Assembly (NCBI GenBank): GCA_031416075.1
Contig: JANOSY010000087.1
Span: 1 to 64,000, forward strand
Origin: Candidatus Tenderia sp.
Lineage (GTDB): Bacteria > Pseudomonadota > Gammaproteobacteria > Tenderiales > Tenderiaceae
Direction: 5' to 3'
DNA: 64,000 nt
A program made the translations under genes and the position numbers. Numbering within the stretch: the first letter of the stretch is position 1; every line of letters begins with the position of its first letter. Positions 7,646-17,303 of the stretch are shown one piece after another. The notes below the pieces were generated by a model, which made no database searches, was not told the origin of the DNA, and worked only from the letters and a program-made list of their open reading frames with translations.

Positions 7646-9636
7646 CTTGCTTTTGTCTCAATGTAAGATTTGGATTTCGAAATTATATTTTTAATAAAGC
7701 TAAGAGAGCTTCTTTCTGAAATAATATTCAAACGAGACAAAACCTCTGGTGGCCAAGTGCCACCCAGAGGTGTAATCAGATTAATTAGCAACGCCTCATC
7801 TAAAAGCATATGTGCTTGCCCCTTTGTTTGCTCTAGTAGCTCGTCGACGGCATTAAAACACGCGGTCGCATAATCCCTCATTGGCGTGGCAGCAATTAAA
7901 TTTGAAAATTTTCTATATGGCTGAAGAGCCTCTCCAAGCGTTGGTCTTGGACGCTCCATGTAAAACAGGACGTGGCGTACGCCAGAGGGGCCAAACTCGG
8001 CGAATGGAATGATTTTTCCAGATTTAAATATATTTGCCATCGTGATTTGAGAAGAAATTAAATGGCTGAAGCATTTATTGCTCATGTCTCTCGAGATGAA
8101 TGGAGATGATGACATGGCCCTATACAGAAGCATTAATATCTTTGTTCGGCGAGCCATTGGGGGGAAATTACTAAGCCCTTCCATGGTTGATTTTTTTATC
8201 AAAAGATCCAGAATTGCGGTCGGATCTCCTGAAAGGGCAATGGTGAACTCAATAACAGGGTGCCAGCTTTCGTTTTCTATGTTTTTTGTGATTTTTTCAG
8301 ATTCAATTCTCTTTGAGAGCATGTGTCTGGCTACAAAGTAATCTTGCATAGACGCGTGGCTGAAGCAGAAATAGTCTTGCGATAATTTTTCTATAATCCC
8401 ATGATGTCTTTCAATCTCATCTACAAGATCTTCGGCATTTACTTTTTGTACATCAACTCGCTCTAAGAAGTCGTCAACAACAGACAGCATGTGATCTTTT
8501 TTAAATTCATATGCATTATCTTCTATAAAAAACTTTCCTGCTATATGCTCAAAAAGCCGTTCTTTTCTATCGTCAGATATATTCTCATAAGCAGTTTCGC
8601 GTCGAAATCCTCGCTCCGCATCCCAGTCGCGTAACAATGTGTCGAGACACCGTCTGTACAATTCAGTTTTTCTCTTTGGTAATTGCAGGTCATGTCTATA
8701 CTGAATGCAAAGAAGGCTTAATAATAGGGGGGTTTCTGTAAGGCTTGCCACTCCGTTGTCTTCTTTTATGAGGCTTATCAATTTAGATGCTTTCTGAGAA
8801 TCATCATCGAACCATGCCCGAACTATTTTTCCAATGGCATCTCGACTTAACCGTGATATTTCGACTTCGCAGAAATTCGGAAGGACTTCTTCATAGTCGG
8901 CTGTTCTGCACGACACAATTATGCGTAAGATTGGGTAAGACACCTCAAATTCTTTAATCTTTTCTATCAAATCATGTCTCATTGGTAACGGTACTTCGTC
9001 TAACGAGTCAAGAAGAACAATGCTAGTGCCTTTATTGAAGGTCCGCTTAATAAAATCGGCAGCATATTGGTCAGTTGCCTTGGTCAGGGGGCGGCAGATA
9101 TAGTCAAATAAATTTTTGTCAGATTTCACGAAGTGTGGGAGATGTATGAAGAATGGTAATGAGTTTTCTATTTTTTCGTTAGTATCTATGGCTCCAGAAT
9201 TTAGGAGCGCCAAGAATCGCAGTAATGTTGTCTTTCCTGCGCCAGGGCCACCAAGAATAATAACCTTCCTATTGTTTAATACATACTCGGAAGCATCTAT
9301 GCATTTGTCTTTTCCATTGCGTGATTTTTTGTCTCTTTTAGAAGCGGTTCCGCTCTCGCTCAACCACTCCTGCTCATAAAGACGCCGACGTATTCCTGTT
9401 GATACTTGCGCAGGGTAATATATTTTCTCCAGCGGAATAGGAGTGCTCATGCCGAGCAAATTAATATTTTCGAGTTGCGTTCTAACATGCTTTTTTTGGG
9501 TTTTTTCATATTTTTGTAGAAGGTCTCGAGACTCAATGTTCCGATTAATTGAGTCATAGACGGAATCTACAGCACGCTTAATTGGACTCCCTACTGAGGA
9601 GTTAATTGCATCATTAATATCAGTGTTGTTGCTCAT
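7642..9636 (-). CDS. NACHT-domain STAND NTPase, probable anti-phage protein
   Basis: Walker A GGPGAGKTT, Walker B VLLDSLDEV, IIVSCR, ETPLLLSLLC, WH motif FSHASMQDYFVA; low GC; RBS AAGGAGA before ATG 9636. Confidence 0.88.
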   Translation of the reverse strand: MSNNTDINDAINSSVGSPIKRAVDSVYDSINRNIESRDLLQKYEKTQKKHVRTQLENINLLGMSTPIPLEKIYYPAQVSTGIRRRLYEQEWLSESGTASKRDKKSRNGKDKCIDASEYVLNNRKVIILGGPGAGKTTLLRFLALLNSGAIDTNEKIENSLPFFIHLPHFVKSDKNLFDYICRPLTKATDQYAADFIKRTFNKGTSIVLLDSLDEVPLPMRHDLIEKIKEFEVSYPILRIIVSCRTADYEEVLPNFCEVEISRLSRDAIGKIVRAWFDDDSQKASKLISLIKEDNGVASLTETPLLLSLLCIQYRHDLQLPKRKTELYRRCLDTLLRDWDAERGFRRETAYENISDDRKERLFEHIAGKFFIEDNAYEFKKDHMLSVVDDFLERVDVQKVNAEDLVDEIERHHGIIEKLSQDYFCFSHASMQDYFVARHMLSKRIESEKITKNIENESWHPVIEFTIALSGDPTAILDLLIKKSTMEGLSNFPPMARRTKILMLLYRAMSSSPFISRDMSNKCFSHLISSQITMANIFKSGKIIPFAEFGPSGVRHVLFYMERPRPTLGEALQPYRKFSNLIAATPMRDYATACFNAVDELLEQTKGQAHMLLDEALLINLITPLGGTWPPEVLSRLNIISERSSLSFIKNIISKSKSYIETKAR

Positions 9637-9759
9637 GACTTCTCCTTTTTTAACAAAGGTTATATTAATCGAGTAAGTGTATCCCATATTTTGGTGATCT
9701 TGAGTTTAGAGAGAGCCCCGCCTCTTCAATCTGACTTTTACAGATTGAATCATAGTTGC

Positions 9760-9843
9760 GTAGGTCGGGTTAGCGTAGCGTAACCCGACGCTCACGTGGC
9801 AAATAATCTGACGCTACTGGGTTACGGTTTCGTCTAGCCCTAC
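9760..9843. repeat. GTAG-type REP doublet (third family), right half decayed
   Basis: GTAGGTCGGGTTAGCGTAGCGTAACCCGAC hairpin ... GGGTTACGGTTTCGTCTAGCCCTAC. Confidence 0.75.
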
Positions 9844-9913
9844 TTATGTTGTTAACCTCAGGCTGTCGGAACCCGCTGGGCCTAGTATCGTCGTTAAGTT
9901 ATGATCCCCCCCC

Positions 9914-11710
9914 ATGACTGAATCTGTTATCACTTCCCTGGTTTTTGTGGTCGCGCTGGGCATTGCTGCCCAGTGGCTGGCGTGGCGTCTGAAAATTCCG
10001 GCGATCATCTTGCTGATGGCATTGGGGCTGCTGGTGGGACCGGCATTAGGCTGGGTGCAGCCGGTGGCGGAGTTTGGGACCTTTCTGCCGGCGCTGATTG
10101 CGCTGTCAGTGGCGATCATCCTCTTTGAGGGCGGCATGAGCCTGCGGCTGCATGAGTATAAAGAGGCGGGCGTGGATGTGACCCGGCTGGTGACGTTGGG
10201 GCTGCCCATTGCCTGGGGCATGAGCAGCAGCGCGGCGCACTGGATTGGTGGTCTGTCGTGGCCGGTGGCGCTGATATTTGGTGCCATTACCGTGGTAACG
10301 GGACCGACAGTAATTATTCCGCTGCTCAAACATGCGCGGCTTAAACGCCGTCCGGCGGCACTGCTGAAGTGGGAGGGCATTGTTAACGAGCCCATTGGCG
10401 CGCTGCTGGCGGTGTTGGTCTTTGAATACTTTGTCACACGTGAAAGCGGCGGGTTTGCCAGCGACGTGGTGGTGACGCTGGTGCTGGTGCTGGCGCTGGC
10501 GGGTCTGCTGGGGGCGGCGGTGGGCTATGGCTTGGGGTGGATGTTCCGCCGTGGCCACGTGCCGGAGTACCTTACATCGCCGTTGATGTTGGCGTCGGTG
10601 TTGGCGGTTTATGTGGTGGCGAACCATATTCACACTGAAGCGGGGTTGATGGCGGTGACGGTGGCGGGCGTGGTGCTGGCCAACCAGAGTTTGCGCAGCA
10701 TTGATGAGCTGCGGCGCTTTAAAGAGTACATCACCATCATCCTGATATCGGTGCTTTGTATTATTTTGGCGGCGAAGCTGGAAGTGGCGACACTGGCCTA
10801 TCTCGACTGGCGTAGCGCGGCGCTGCTGGTGATGGTTGTCTTTGTGGTGCGCCCGGTGTCAGTCTATCTGGCGACGATTGGCACGGGGATCAATTGGCGT
10901 GAGCGGTTGTTAATCGCCTGGATTGCGCCGCGCGGTATTGTGGCGGCGTCGGTGGCAGGGCTGTTTGGTCCGGCACTGGTGGTGGCGGGATATGTTGATG
11001 GTAAACAGCTCTTGCCGTTGGTCTTCTGTTTGATTGCGGTGACGGTAGTGCTGCATGGCGCTACGCTGGGACCGCTGGCGCGGCGGTTGGGTCTGGCGGC
11101 GGATCAGCAGGGAGGGCTGTTGATTGTCGGTGCTAGCCCCTGGTCCACCGAGCTGGCCAAGGCGTTGGGTGAGGCGGGCATCAATGTGGTTATCAATGAC
11201 AATAGATGGAGTCATCTGCGGGCAGCACGGATGGGTGGTCTGCCGGTCTACTATGGTTCGCTGTTGGCGGAACATGTGGAACAGGATTATGAGCTCAACG
11301 AGATAAGCCAGCTGTTGGCGGTGAGTGATAATGACTCCTATAACGCGCTGGTCTGTACCCGTTTTGGGCCTGAGCTGGGGCGTACCGATGTCTTTCAGCT
11401 GCCTTACGGTGAGCAGGAGGAGTGCCACAAGATGACCAAGAGCATGCGTGGCCAAATTGCCTTTGGTGATGAGTGGGTGTTTGATGAGTTGATGCGTCTC
11501 CACTATCAGGGTTGGCAGATGCGTCGTACCACGCTGCGTGAAGATTTCAGCTTTGAGCAGTTTAGCGAGCAGTTGCCCGAACAGGCGCTGCTGATAGCGT
11601 TGATCACCCCCAAAAAGCAGTTACAATTTTTCCCTAAGGTGGATGTGGCCACTATCAAGTCTGGCAGTATTGTTATCAGTTACCAGCCGGAGAATGGCAG
11701 CAAGGGCTGA
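9914..11710 (+). CDS. CPA1/NhaP-type sodium:proton antiporter with C-terminal TrkA-N domain
   Basis: About 12 TM helices, VAIILFEGG, TGPTVI, WEGIVNEPIG, APRGIVAA; C-terminal LLIVGASPW Rossmann-like domain. Confidence 0.9.
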   Translation: MTESVITSLVFVVALGIAAQWLAWRLKIPAIILLMALGLLVGPALGWVQPVAEFGTFLPALIALSVAIILFEGGMSLRLHEYKEAGVDVTRLVTLGLPIAWGMSSSAAHWIGGLSWPVALIFGAITVVTGPTVIIPLLKHARLKRRPAALLKWEGIVNEPIGALLAVLVFEYFVTRESGGFASDVVVTLVLVLALAGLLGAAVGYGLGWMFRRGHVPEYLTSPLMLASVLAVYVVANHIHTEAGLMAVTVAGVVLANQSLRSIDELRRFKEYITIILISVLCIILAAKLEVATLAYLDWRSAALLVMVVFVVRPVSVYLATIGTGINWRERLLIAWIAPRGIVAASVAGLFGPALVVAGYVDGKQLLPLVFCLIAVTVVLHGATLGPLARRLGLAADQQGGLLIVGASPWSTELAKALGEAGINVVINDNRWSHLRAARMGGLPVYYGSLLAEHVEQDYELNEISQLLAVSDNDSYNALVCTRFGPELGRTDVFQLPYGEQEECHKMTKSMRGQIAFGDEWVFDELMRLHYQGWQMRRTTLREDFSFEQFSEQLPEQALLIALITPKKQLQFFPKVDVATIKSGSIVISYQPENGSKG

Positions 11711-11776
11711 GACGTTGTGCCGTGGTCTCTGTTATCATCGCCGCGCTTTTTCTTAAATAATCTGGGTGTGGTGCAT

Positions 11777-12139
11777 ATGGCAAAGCCGGGCAAGAGAGGT
11801 ATCTCCCGAATCATTGACGCAGCCGGTTACTCCTGGCTGGGCTTTCAGGCGGCCTATCGGCATGAGTCGGCCTTTCGTCAGGAGCTGCTGCTGGCGGTGA
11901 TCATGACGCCATTGGCGCTGTGGCTGGGTGAGGACGGCGTTGAGTATGCGTTGCTGATCGGTGCGCTGCTGCTGGTGTTGATTGTGGAGCTGCTCAACTC
12001 GGCGGTGGAGGCGGTGGTGGATCGCATTAGCGACGAACATCACGAGTTGGCTGGGCGGGCCAAGGATATCGGTTCGGCGGCAGTGTTTGTGGCGCTGGCT
12101 AACGTGGCGCTGGTCTGGTTTTTTGTATTGGTAATGTGA
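11777..12139 (+). CDS. dgkA: Diacylglycerol kinase
   Basis: ESAFRQE, VELLNSAVEAVVDRI, GRAKDIGSAAV. Confidence 0.95.
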   Translation: MAKPGKRGISRIIDAAGYSWLGFQAAYRHESAFRQELLLAVIMTPLALWLGEDGVEYALLIGALLLVLIVELLNSAVEAVVDRISDEHHELAGRAKDIGSAAVFVALANVALVWFFVLVM

Positions 12140-12221
12140 TTGTCCCGCTTTGCCTCTTCATGCCCGTTCTTTGGGTATTCCTTGGAGGAGGGGCAGATAA
12201 ACCCAACTCATAGGAGATAAT

Positions 12222-13154
12222 ATGTCGGCACTGATCTGTGGCTCTTACGCCTTTGATAACATTATGGTTTTTCAGGACCGCTTTAAAAACCACATCCTGC
12301 CGGACAAGGTGCACATGCTCAACGTCTCCTTTCTGGTACCGGAGATGCGCCGCGAGCTGGGTGGCTGTGCCGGTAACATCGCCTATAACCTGAAGCTGTT
12401 GGGTGGCGAGCCGCTACCAATGGCGACCGTGGGCAGTGATTTTGAACCGTATGCCCAGTGGCTGGAACAGTGTGGTATCCCGCAGACCCACATCAAGGTG
12501 ATCGACAATAGTTATACCGGCCAGGCCTTTATCACCACCGACCTGGATGACAACCAGATCACCGCCTTTCATCCGGGGGCGATGAGCTTCTCCCATGAAA
12601 ACCGTGTGGCAGATGCCCAAGGGGTGACCATTGGCATTGTCTCCCCTGATGGCCGTGATGGCATGATCGAACATGCCCGGCAGTTTGCCGAGCTGGAGAT
12701 CCCCTTCATCTTTGACCCAGGCCAGGGCATGCCGATGTTTGGTGGGGACGACCTGATGCGTTTTATTGAGCAGGCGACGTGGGTGACGGTGAATGATTAT
12801 GAGATGCAACTGTTGCAGGACCGCACGGGCAGGTCGGCGGCCCAGATTGCTGAGCATGTTGAGGCGCTGATTGTGACGCTGGGTGGTGAAGGTTCCCAGA
12901 TCTATAGCAAGGGTGAGTGTATTGATATCCCCTGTGCCAAGGCGGTCCGGCTGGCGGACCCGACCGGTTGTGGTGATGCCTACCGGGCAGGTCTGTTATA
13001 TGGCCTGATGCAGGGTATGGATTGGCAGAGCACGGGCCGCATCGCCTCGCTGTTGGGTACCCTGAAAATGGAGAGTGTGGGGCCGCAAAACCACCGGTTT
13101 GAGCGTTCGGCGTTTGATGAACGTTTTAAACAGGAGTTTGGTTTCGCACTGTAA
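12222..13154 (+). CDS. PfkB-family carbohydrate/nucleoside (adenosine) kinase
   Basis: GGCAGNIAY, FDPGQG, NDYE, DPTGCGDAYRAG. Confidence 0.92.
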   Translation: MSALICGSYAFDNIMVFQDRFKNHILPDKVHMLNVSFLVPEMRRELGGCAGNIAYNLKLLGGEPLPMATVGSDFEPYAQWLEQCGIPQTHIKVIDNSYTGQAFITTDLDDNQITAFHPGAMSFSHENRVADAQGVTIGIVSPDGRDGMIEHARQFAELEIPFIFDPGQGMPMFGGDDLMRFIEQATWVTVNDYEMQLLQDRTGRSAAQIAEHVEALIVTLGGEGSQIYSKGECIDIPCAKAVRLADPTGCGDAYRAGLLYGLMQGMDWQSTGRIASLLGTLKMESVGPQNHRFERSAFDERFKQEFGFAL

Positions 13155-13178
13155 GGTATTGTAACGTTTGATTAAAAC

Positions 13179-13200
13179 AGGGGCGTCAATTGACGCCCCT
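13179..13200. terminator. Perfect 22-bp palindrome between convergent genes, probable bidirectional terminator
   Basis: AGGGGCGTCAATTGACGCCCCT with T-rich flank on the minus strand. Confidence 0.6.
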
Positions 13201-13202
13201 CT

Positions 13203-14717
13203 CTATTTTGGCGCTTGCAACAGGTCGAGGATGGTGGTGAGCAGCTGTTCCGAATGGATCGGTTTGCTGAGCAGGGCGTTGATGCCTGCGGCCTGGGCCT
13301 GCGCGCTATAGTCATGTTCGGTGTGGTTGGTATTGAGGACAATCAACATCTCTGGACGCAATGTGCGAATCTCCTGCGCCACCTCAATGCCGCTGATGCC
13401 GGGCATATTTTGATCCACCAGTATCAGATCGAAGCGCTGTGGGTTCAGGCGGTAGCGCTCCAGGGCTTGAAGGGCGTCGGAGAATATCTCAACCGTAAAC
13501 CCCTTGTTGCGGAGCAGCTCACCTTGCAGGCGGGCACACGACTCCTCATCATCAATCACCAGCAGGGTTGCGTTGGTGGAGTGCTGTCTGGCCGGTAGTG
13601 TGGCACGGCTCTGCTGAGGGCTGACCTGTTCAGGAATGGCGGGGAAAAAGAGCCGGATGGTGGTGCCATAATTGGGTTGTGACTGAACCACCAGGTGGCC
13701 CTGATGCTCGTGTACGATGCCATGCACAACGGAGAGCCCCATGCCGGAGTTGTTATTGAACTCTTTAGTGGTGAAAAAGGGGTCGAAGATCCTCGTCATC
13801 AGGGTGGGGTCGATGCCCTGACCATTGTCGCTGATGCTCACCTCTACATACTCACCATCGAAACGGGTGTGGCAGCTGCTGCACTCGAGCAGATGCCGAT
13901 GGCTGCTGAGGGCAATGTCGATATTGCCCGCTTCGCCGATGGCGTCACGGGCATTGAGGCAGAGATTGACGACCATCTGATTAAACTGGGCGGGATCAAT
14001 CTTGATCGGTGAGACCCCCTCTTCACTGTTGATACTGAGTTGAATGGTCTCCGGTAGCGCGGCCTGCAGCAGTGACGTTGCCGATTTGAGCAGCAGTGTG
14101 GGTAGCAGCGTAATGGCGGTATTGGGCTTGGCACGGGCAAAGGCCTGCATCTGGGTGATCAGGTCGCGTGCCTTTTCGCCAGAGTTGATCACCTCTCGCA
14201 GGTAGTTGGCCAGCACCTCTTTGCCCATCGCTTCGAGGGCGTCCAGAGTCAGGTCGGCATAGCCGAGAATACTGGCGAGCAAGTTGTTGAAATCATGGGC
14301 AATGCCGCCGGTTAGCTGTCCCAGCGCTTCCATCTTCTGGTTTTGCCGCAGCTGATCATAGAGGTGCTGCTTTTCGTCCTCCTGATTGAACTCGGCGGAG
14401 GCATCAAGCACGATGATGGCAAAACTGTCAGCCTGTTTTGAAATATAGGCTTTGAAGTGGTACTGCTGGTTGGTGCTGTTAACGCTGTAACGGAACTGTC
14501 GTGGTGGCTGGTTCTCTTCAATCCGGGTGATGGTTTTGGTGATTTCGGCGGCGGCGGTTTTGGGCCAGAGATCAAACAGCGTACATGGCAGAGTGGTCGG
14601 CTGTGGATGGCCGTGGATAAACGGTGAGCCTCTGAAGCTGGTGATTTGATGGCGACTATCGAGACAAAACAGTAAAGCGGGCAGGGTATTGATAATCTCA
14701 CTGGCAGATCTGTTCAT
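13203..14717 (-). CDS. Hybrid sensor histidine kinase / response regulator
   Basis: H-box [38 protein letters not shown]; C-terminal receiver VIDDE..LVDQNMP..KP. Confidence 0.93.
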   Translation of the reverse strand: MNRSASEIINTLPALLFCLDSRHQITSFRGSPFIHGHPQPTTLPCTLFDLWPKTAAAEITKTITRIEENQPPRQFRYSVNSTNQQYHFKAYISKQADSFAIIVLDASAEFNQEDEKQHLYDQLRQNQKMEALGQLTGGIAHDFNNLLASILGYADLTLDALEAMGKEVLANYLREVINSGEKARDLITQMQAFARAKPNTAITLLPTLLLKSATSLLQAALPETIQLSINSEEGVSPIKIDPAQFNQMVVNLCLNARDAIGEAGNIDIALSSHRHLLECSSCHTRFDGEYVEVSISDNGQGIDPTLMTRIFDPFFTTKEFNNNSGMGLSVVHGIVHEHQGHLVVQSQPNYGTTIRLFFPAIPEQVSPQQSRATLPARQHSTNATLLVIDDEESCARLQGELLRNKGFTVEIFSDALQALERYRLNPQRFDLILVDQNMPGISGIEVAQEIRTLRPEMLIVLNTNHTEHDYSAQAQAAGINALLSKPIHSEQLLTTILDLLQAPK

Positions 14718-14806
14718 CGAGAGGGGAGTGCCCGTATTGCGTGGTTAAGTGAGATAGTGAGGTATTTTCCCGCCGTTATCCACCCCTCTGTAGGTGTTGA
14801 AGTGGT

Positions 14807-15934
14807 TTATGTGGCAGGGGCGGTGAGCAGAAACTGTTTTTTTCCAGCGCTGCTGCCGTTGATCAGCAGCTCAAGGGTATGGTCGCCAGGGTAGTAACGA
14901 CGGGTGGTGATCTCCTTGAACGAACGGGTATGGCTGATGGTGAGGCGTTCACCGGGGGCCAGTGTGAAGCTTTTCAGCTTGAAGGTTTTGGGGCTGCTCT
15001 GGCCGTTGGCTTTCACATAGTGGATGGCGTAGTCGAGCACGATACTTTGTGGCTGTTGGACAGAGGAGTGCAGGGTAACGTTAAAGCTGAGGGATTCGCC
15101 CACAGCCAGCTGTTTTTTATCCAGTTGTAACTGTGGTGGCAGCAGTTGCGGGTTGGCGGTGTGGCCAAGCAGTGCAAAACTGCCGGGGTGGCCCGCTTTG
15201 ATGAGGGTGCGTGTGGCGTGACGGATGATCCAGAGTCGCTCCGGGCTGGCTTTTTTTTGCCAGCGTTGGCAGGTCTGGATGACCAGATCGGGATGGTTTT
15301 TGGAGATGTCGTTGAGGCTGTTGGCAACAGAGCGGCGTACATAGTCGCTTGGATCATCTTTTAAGGACTCCAGTAGGGCCAGCACGGGGGCAGGGTTCTC
15401 TATGTATTGGGGGAGTTGTGTTCCCCAGGGCAGGCGTGGACGACTCCCTTCCGATACCAGCCGCCTGACATGAGGGTCGTCATCACTGAGCCACTGTTGC
15501 AGTGTGGTATAGCTGATCTTTGGATGGTGGGTGAGAAAGGGGCGCAGTGCAAATTCGGCAGAGAAGAGTGGTGTGAGGTGTTTGAGTAGTGGCAGTGCCA
15601 ACTCGGGATGGTTGAGGCCGTGGCTGGCGATGTAGTCGATGATGGGCCAGGCGGCAAATCCTTTGAGCGAATCGTTGCTATCACCGTAGTCCCAGTGCTG
15701 TTTAACGGCAAAAAATAGCGGGGCACTCTCCTCAAGCGGTTTGGGCAGTACGGCATGGAGTGCTGCGATGATATGGTGGACTCGGGCCTTGAGTTCCAGC
15801 GCCTCCAGCCCTGAGTGGGCGAGTTTCTTGAATTTTTTGACAGGAAAGGTGCTGTCTACTTGATGGAAGGCCGTTGCAATGCGGTCGATAGCGGGGCCGC
15901 TCAGCCCCTCTTTCATCAGGGGTTGTGTCGCCAT
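14807..15934 (-). CDS. DNA alkylation repair glycosylase, AlkC-like (HEAT repeats plus C-terminal beta domain)
   Basis: FSAEFALRPFL, HVRRLVSEGSRPRLPW, YVRRSVANSLNDISK; C-terminal DYAIHYVKANG..TTRRYYPG domain. Confidence 0.85.
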   Translation of the reverse strand: MATQPLMKEGLSGPAIDRIATAFHQVDSTFPVKKFKKLAHSGLEALELKARVHHIIAALHAVLPKPLEESAPLFFAVKQHWDYGDSNDSLKGFAAWPIIDYIASHGLNHPELALPLLKHLTPLFSAEFALRPFLTHHPKISYTTLQQWLSDDDPHVRRLVSEGSRPRLPWGTQLPQYIENPAPVLALLESLKDDPSDYVRRSVANSLNDISKNHPDLVIQTCQRWQKKASPERLWIIRHATRTLIKAGHPGSFALLGHTANPQLLPPQLQLDKKQLAVGESLSFNVTLHSSVQQPQSIVLDYAIHYVKANGQSSPKTFKLKSFTLAPGERLTISHTRSFKEITTRRYYPGDHTLELLINGSSAGKKQFLLTAPAT

Positions 15935-16566
15935 TACCGTTCGATGCCTGTGTTTAATTGATGCGAATCAATAAAGAGTGCGGAGCGGGGGCGGCTGGAG
16001 CGCTGTTCCAGCAGTTCGACGTAGATGCCTCCGTCATCGGTTGCGGTGAGTTTTAGTCGTTGGCTGGCAGCGCTGGGTTGGCTGATGGCCCACTCCGGGC
16101 GGAATACCAGTCCGCAGCAGTTCCCGGCAAGGGCGGCACCGCGTAGATCTTGCATGGCGTGGTGGTCGGCGTTGTTGACCCAGCTGAGTACGGCGGCACA
16201 GGTGCCGGCACGCATGGCCCGTTCCACGGCCCAGAGTCCGTTACTGGTGGCGTGGGGGTGGATGATCAGTACCTGAGAGATGTCGATCCCTTGGGATTGC
16301 AGGTGGCTGACGGTGGGGGCGTTGGGGGGGGCGACCATGGCCAGCCAGCGTTTGGCCTGGCTGAGGCGTGCCAGGGCGGGCAGTATCAGGGGGAGTGCAA
16401 AATGGCTCGGCTCGGCACAGAAGATTTCGGTGATGGCACCGATTGGCCAGCCGTTGTGTGGCAGCATGACATCGAGCGCGGCAAAGCCGCTGCTGAGTAC
16501 AGGTGGGTGGGGGTGGTTCAGGCCGCCTCTGGTGCTGAAGTCGAGACTTAAATTGACCGCTGTCAT
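15934..16566 (-). CDS. imuA: ImuA/SulA-like RecA-fold protein
   Basis: [50 protein letters not shown]; coupled to lexA. Confidence 0.8.
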   Translation of the reverse strand: MTAVNLSLDFSTRGGLNHPHPPVLSSGFAALDVMLPHNGWPIGAITEIFCAEPSHFALPLILPALARLSQAKRWLAMVAPPNAPTVSHLQSQGIDISQVLIIHPHATSNGLWAVERAMRAGTCAAVLSWVNNADHHAMQDLRGAALAGNCCGLVFRPEWAISQPSAASQRLKLTATDDGGIYVELLEQRSSRPRSALFIDSHQLNTGIER

Positions 16567-17204
16567 TGTATTGCTCCCATTCTGTTGCGCCCATTCTGTC
16601 GAGCTTGGTTGAGACCGGACCGAATAATGCCGACGGCGATGCCTTCTATGGTTAGTTCCTGGCTGCGCAGGTCTACTTTGATTGGATCAAATTCCGGGTT
16701 TTCTGCGATCAGGGTGACGATGTTGCCCCGTTGGCGAAAACGTTTGACGGTCACTTCGTCGCCGATACGGGCAACAACGATCTGGTCGTTCTGGGCGACG
16801 GGGCTTTGGTGAACGGCCAGCAGATCGCCATCGATGATGCCGATGTCCCGCATGCTCATGCCGTGTACCCGTAATAGGTAGTCGGCCTGGGGGTGGAACA
16901 GTAGTGGATCTATTTTGTGGTGTTCTTCGATATGTTCCTGTGCCAGCAGGGGCTGGCCGGCGGCTACACGGCCAATGAGCGGTAGCCCTTCTGGTTCCCG
17001 CAGGCGAATGCCGCGGGATGAACCTGCCAGCAGTTCAATGGCCCCTTTGCGTGCAAGTGCCTTGAGGTGATCCTCGGCGGCGTTGGCAGAGCGGAAACCA
17101 AAGGTGTCGGCAATTTCGGCGCGGGTGGGTGGCATGCCGGTATCGGCTATACGGTCGCGGATCAGTTGCAGGATCTGCTGCTGGCGGGGGGTGAGTTTGT
17201 CCAT
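16563..17204 (-). CDS. lexA: SOS transcriptional repressor LexA
   Basis: [33 protein letters not shown], cleavage site VAAG, GMSM, EVTVKR. Confidence 0.97.
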   Translation of the reverse strand: MDKLTPRQQQILQLIRDRIADTGMPPTRAEIADTFGFRSANAAEDHLKALARKGAIELLAGSSRGIRLREPEGLPLIGRVAAGQPLLAQEHIEEHHKIDPLLFHPQADYLLRVHGMSMRDIGIIDGDLLAVHQSPVAQNDQIVVARIGDEVTVKRFRQRGNIVTLIAENPEFDPIKVDLRSQELTIEGIAVGIIRSGLNQARQNGRNRMGAIQ

Positions 17205-17212
17205 TTGTATTC

Positions 17213-17247
17213 CTGTGAATTTATACAGTAGCTGTAAGTATACACAG
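17213..17247. promoter_or_regulatory. Two tandem LexA (SOS) boxes
   Basis: CTGTGAATTTATACAG (17213-17228) and CTGTAAGTATACACAG (17232-17247), both CTGT-N8-ACAG, directly upstream of lexA. Confidence 0.93.
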
Positions 17248-17303
17248 TGTTTTTATCTCTGCAACCCCGTTATTAATGGTGGATTGGTCGGGGCGTTGTC
17301 TGG

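Noticed and set aside
13179-13200. Palindrome sharing GGGCGTCAAT with the REP head
   Set aside because: No GTAG end, and its position between convergent genes is adequately explained by a terminator.
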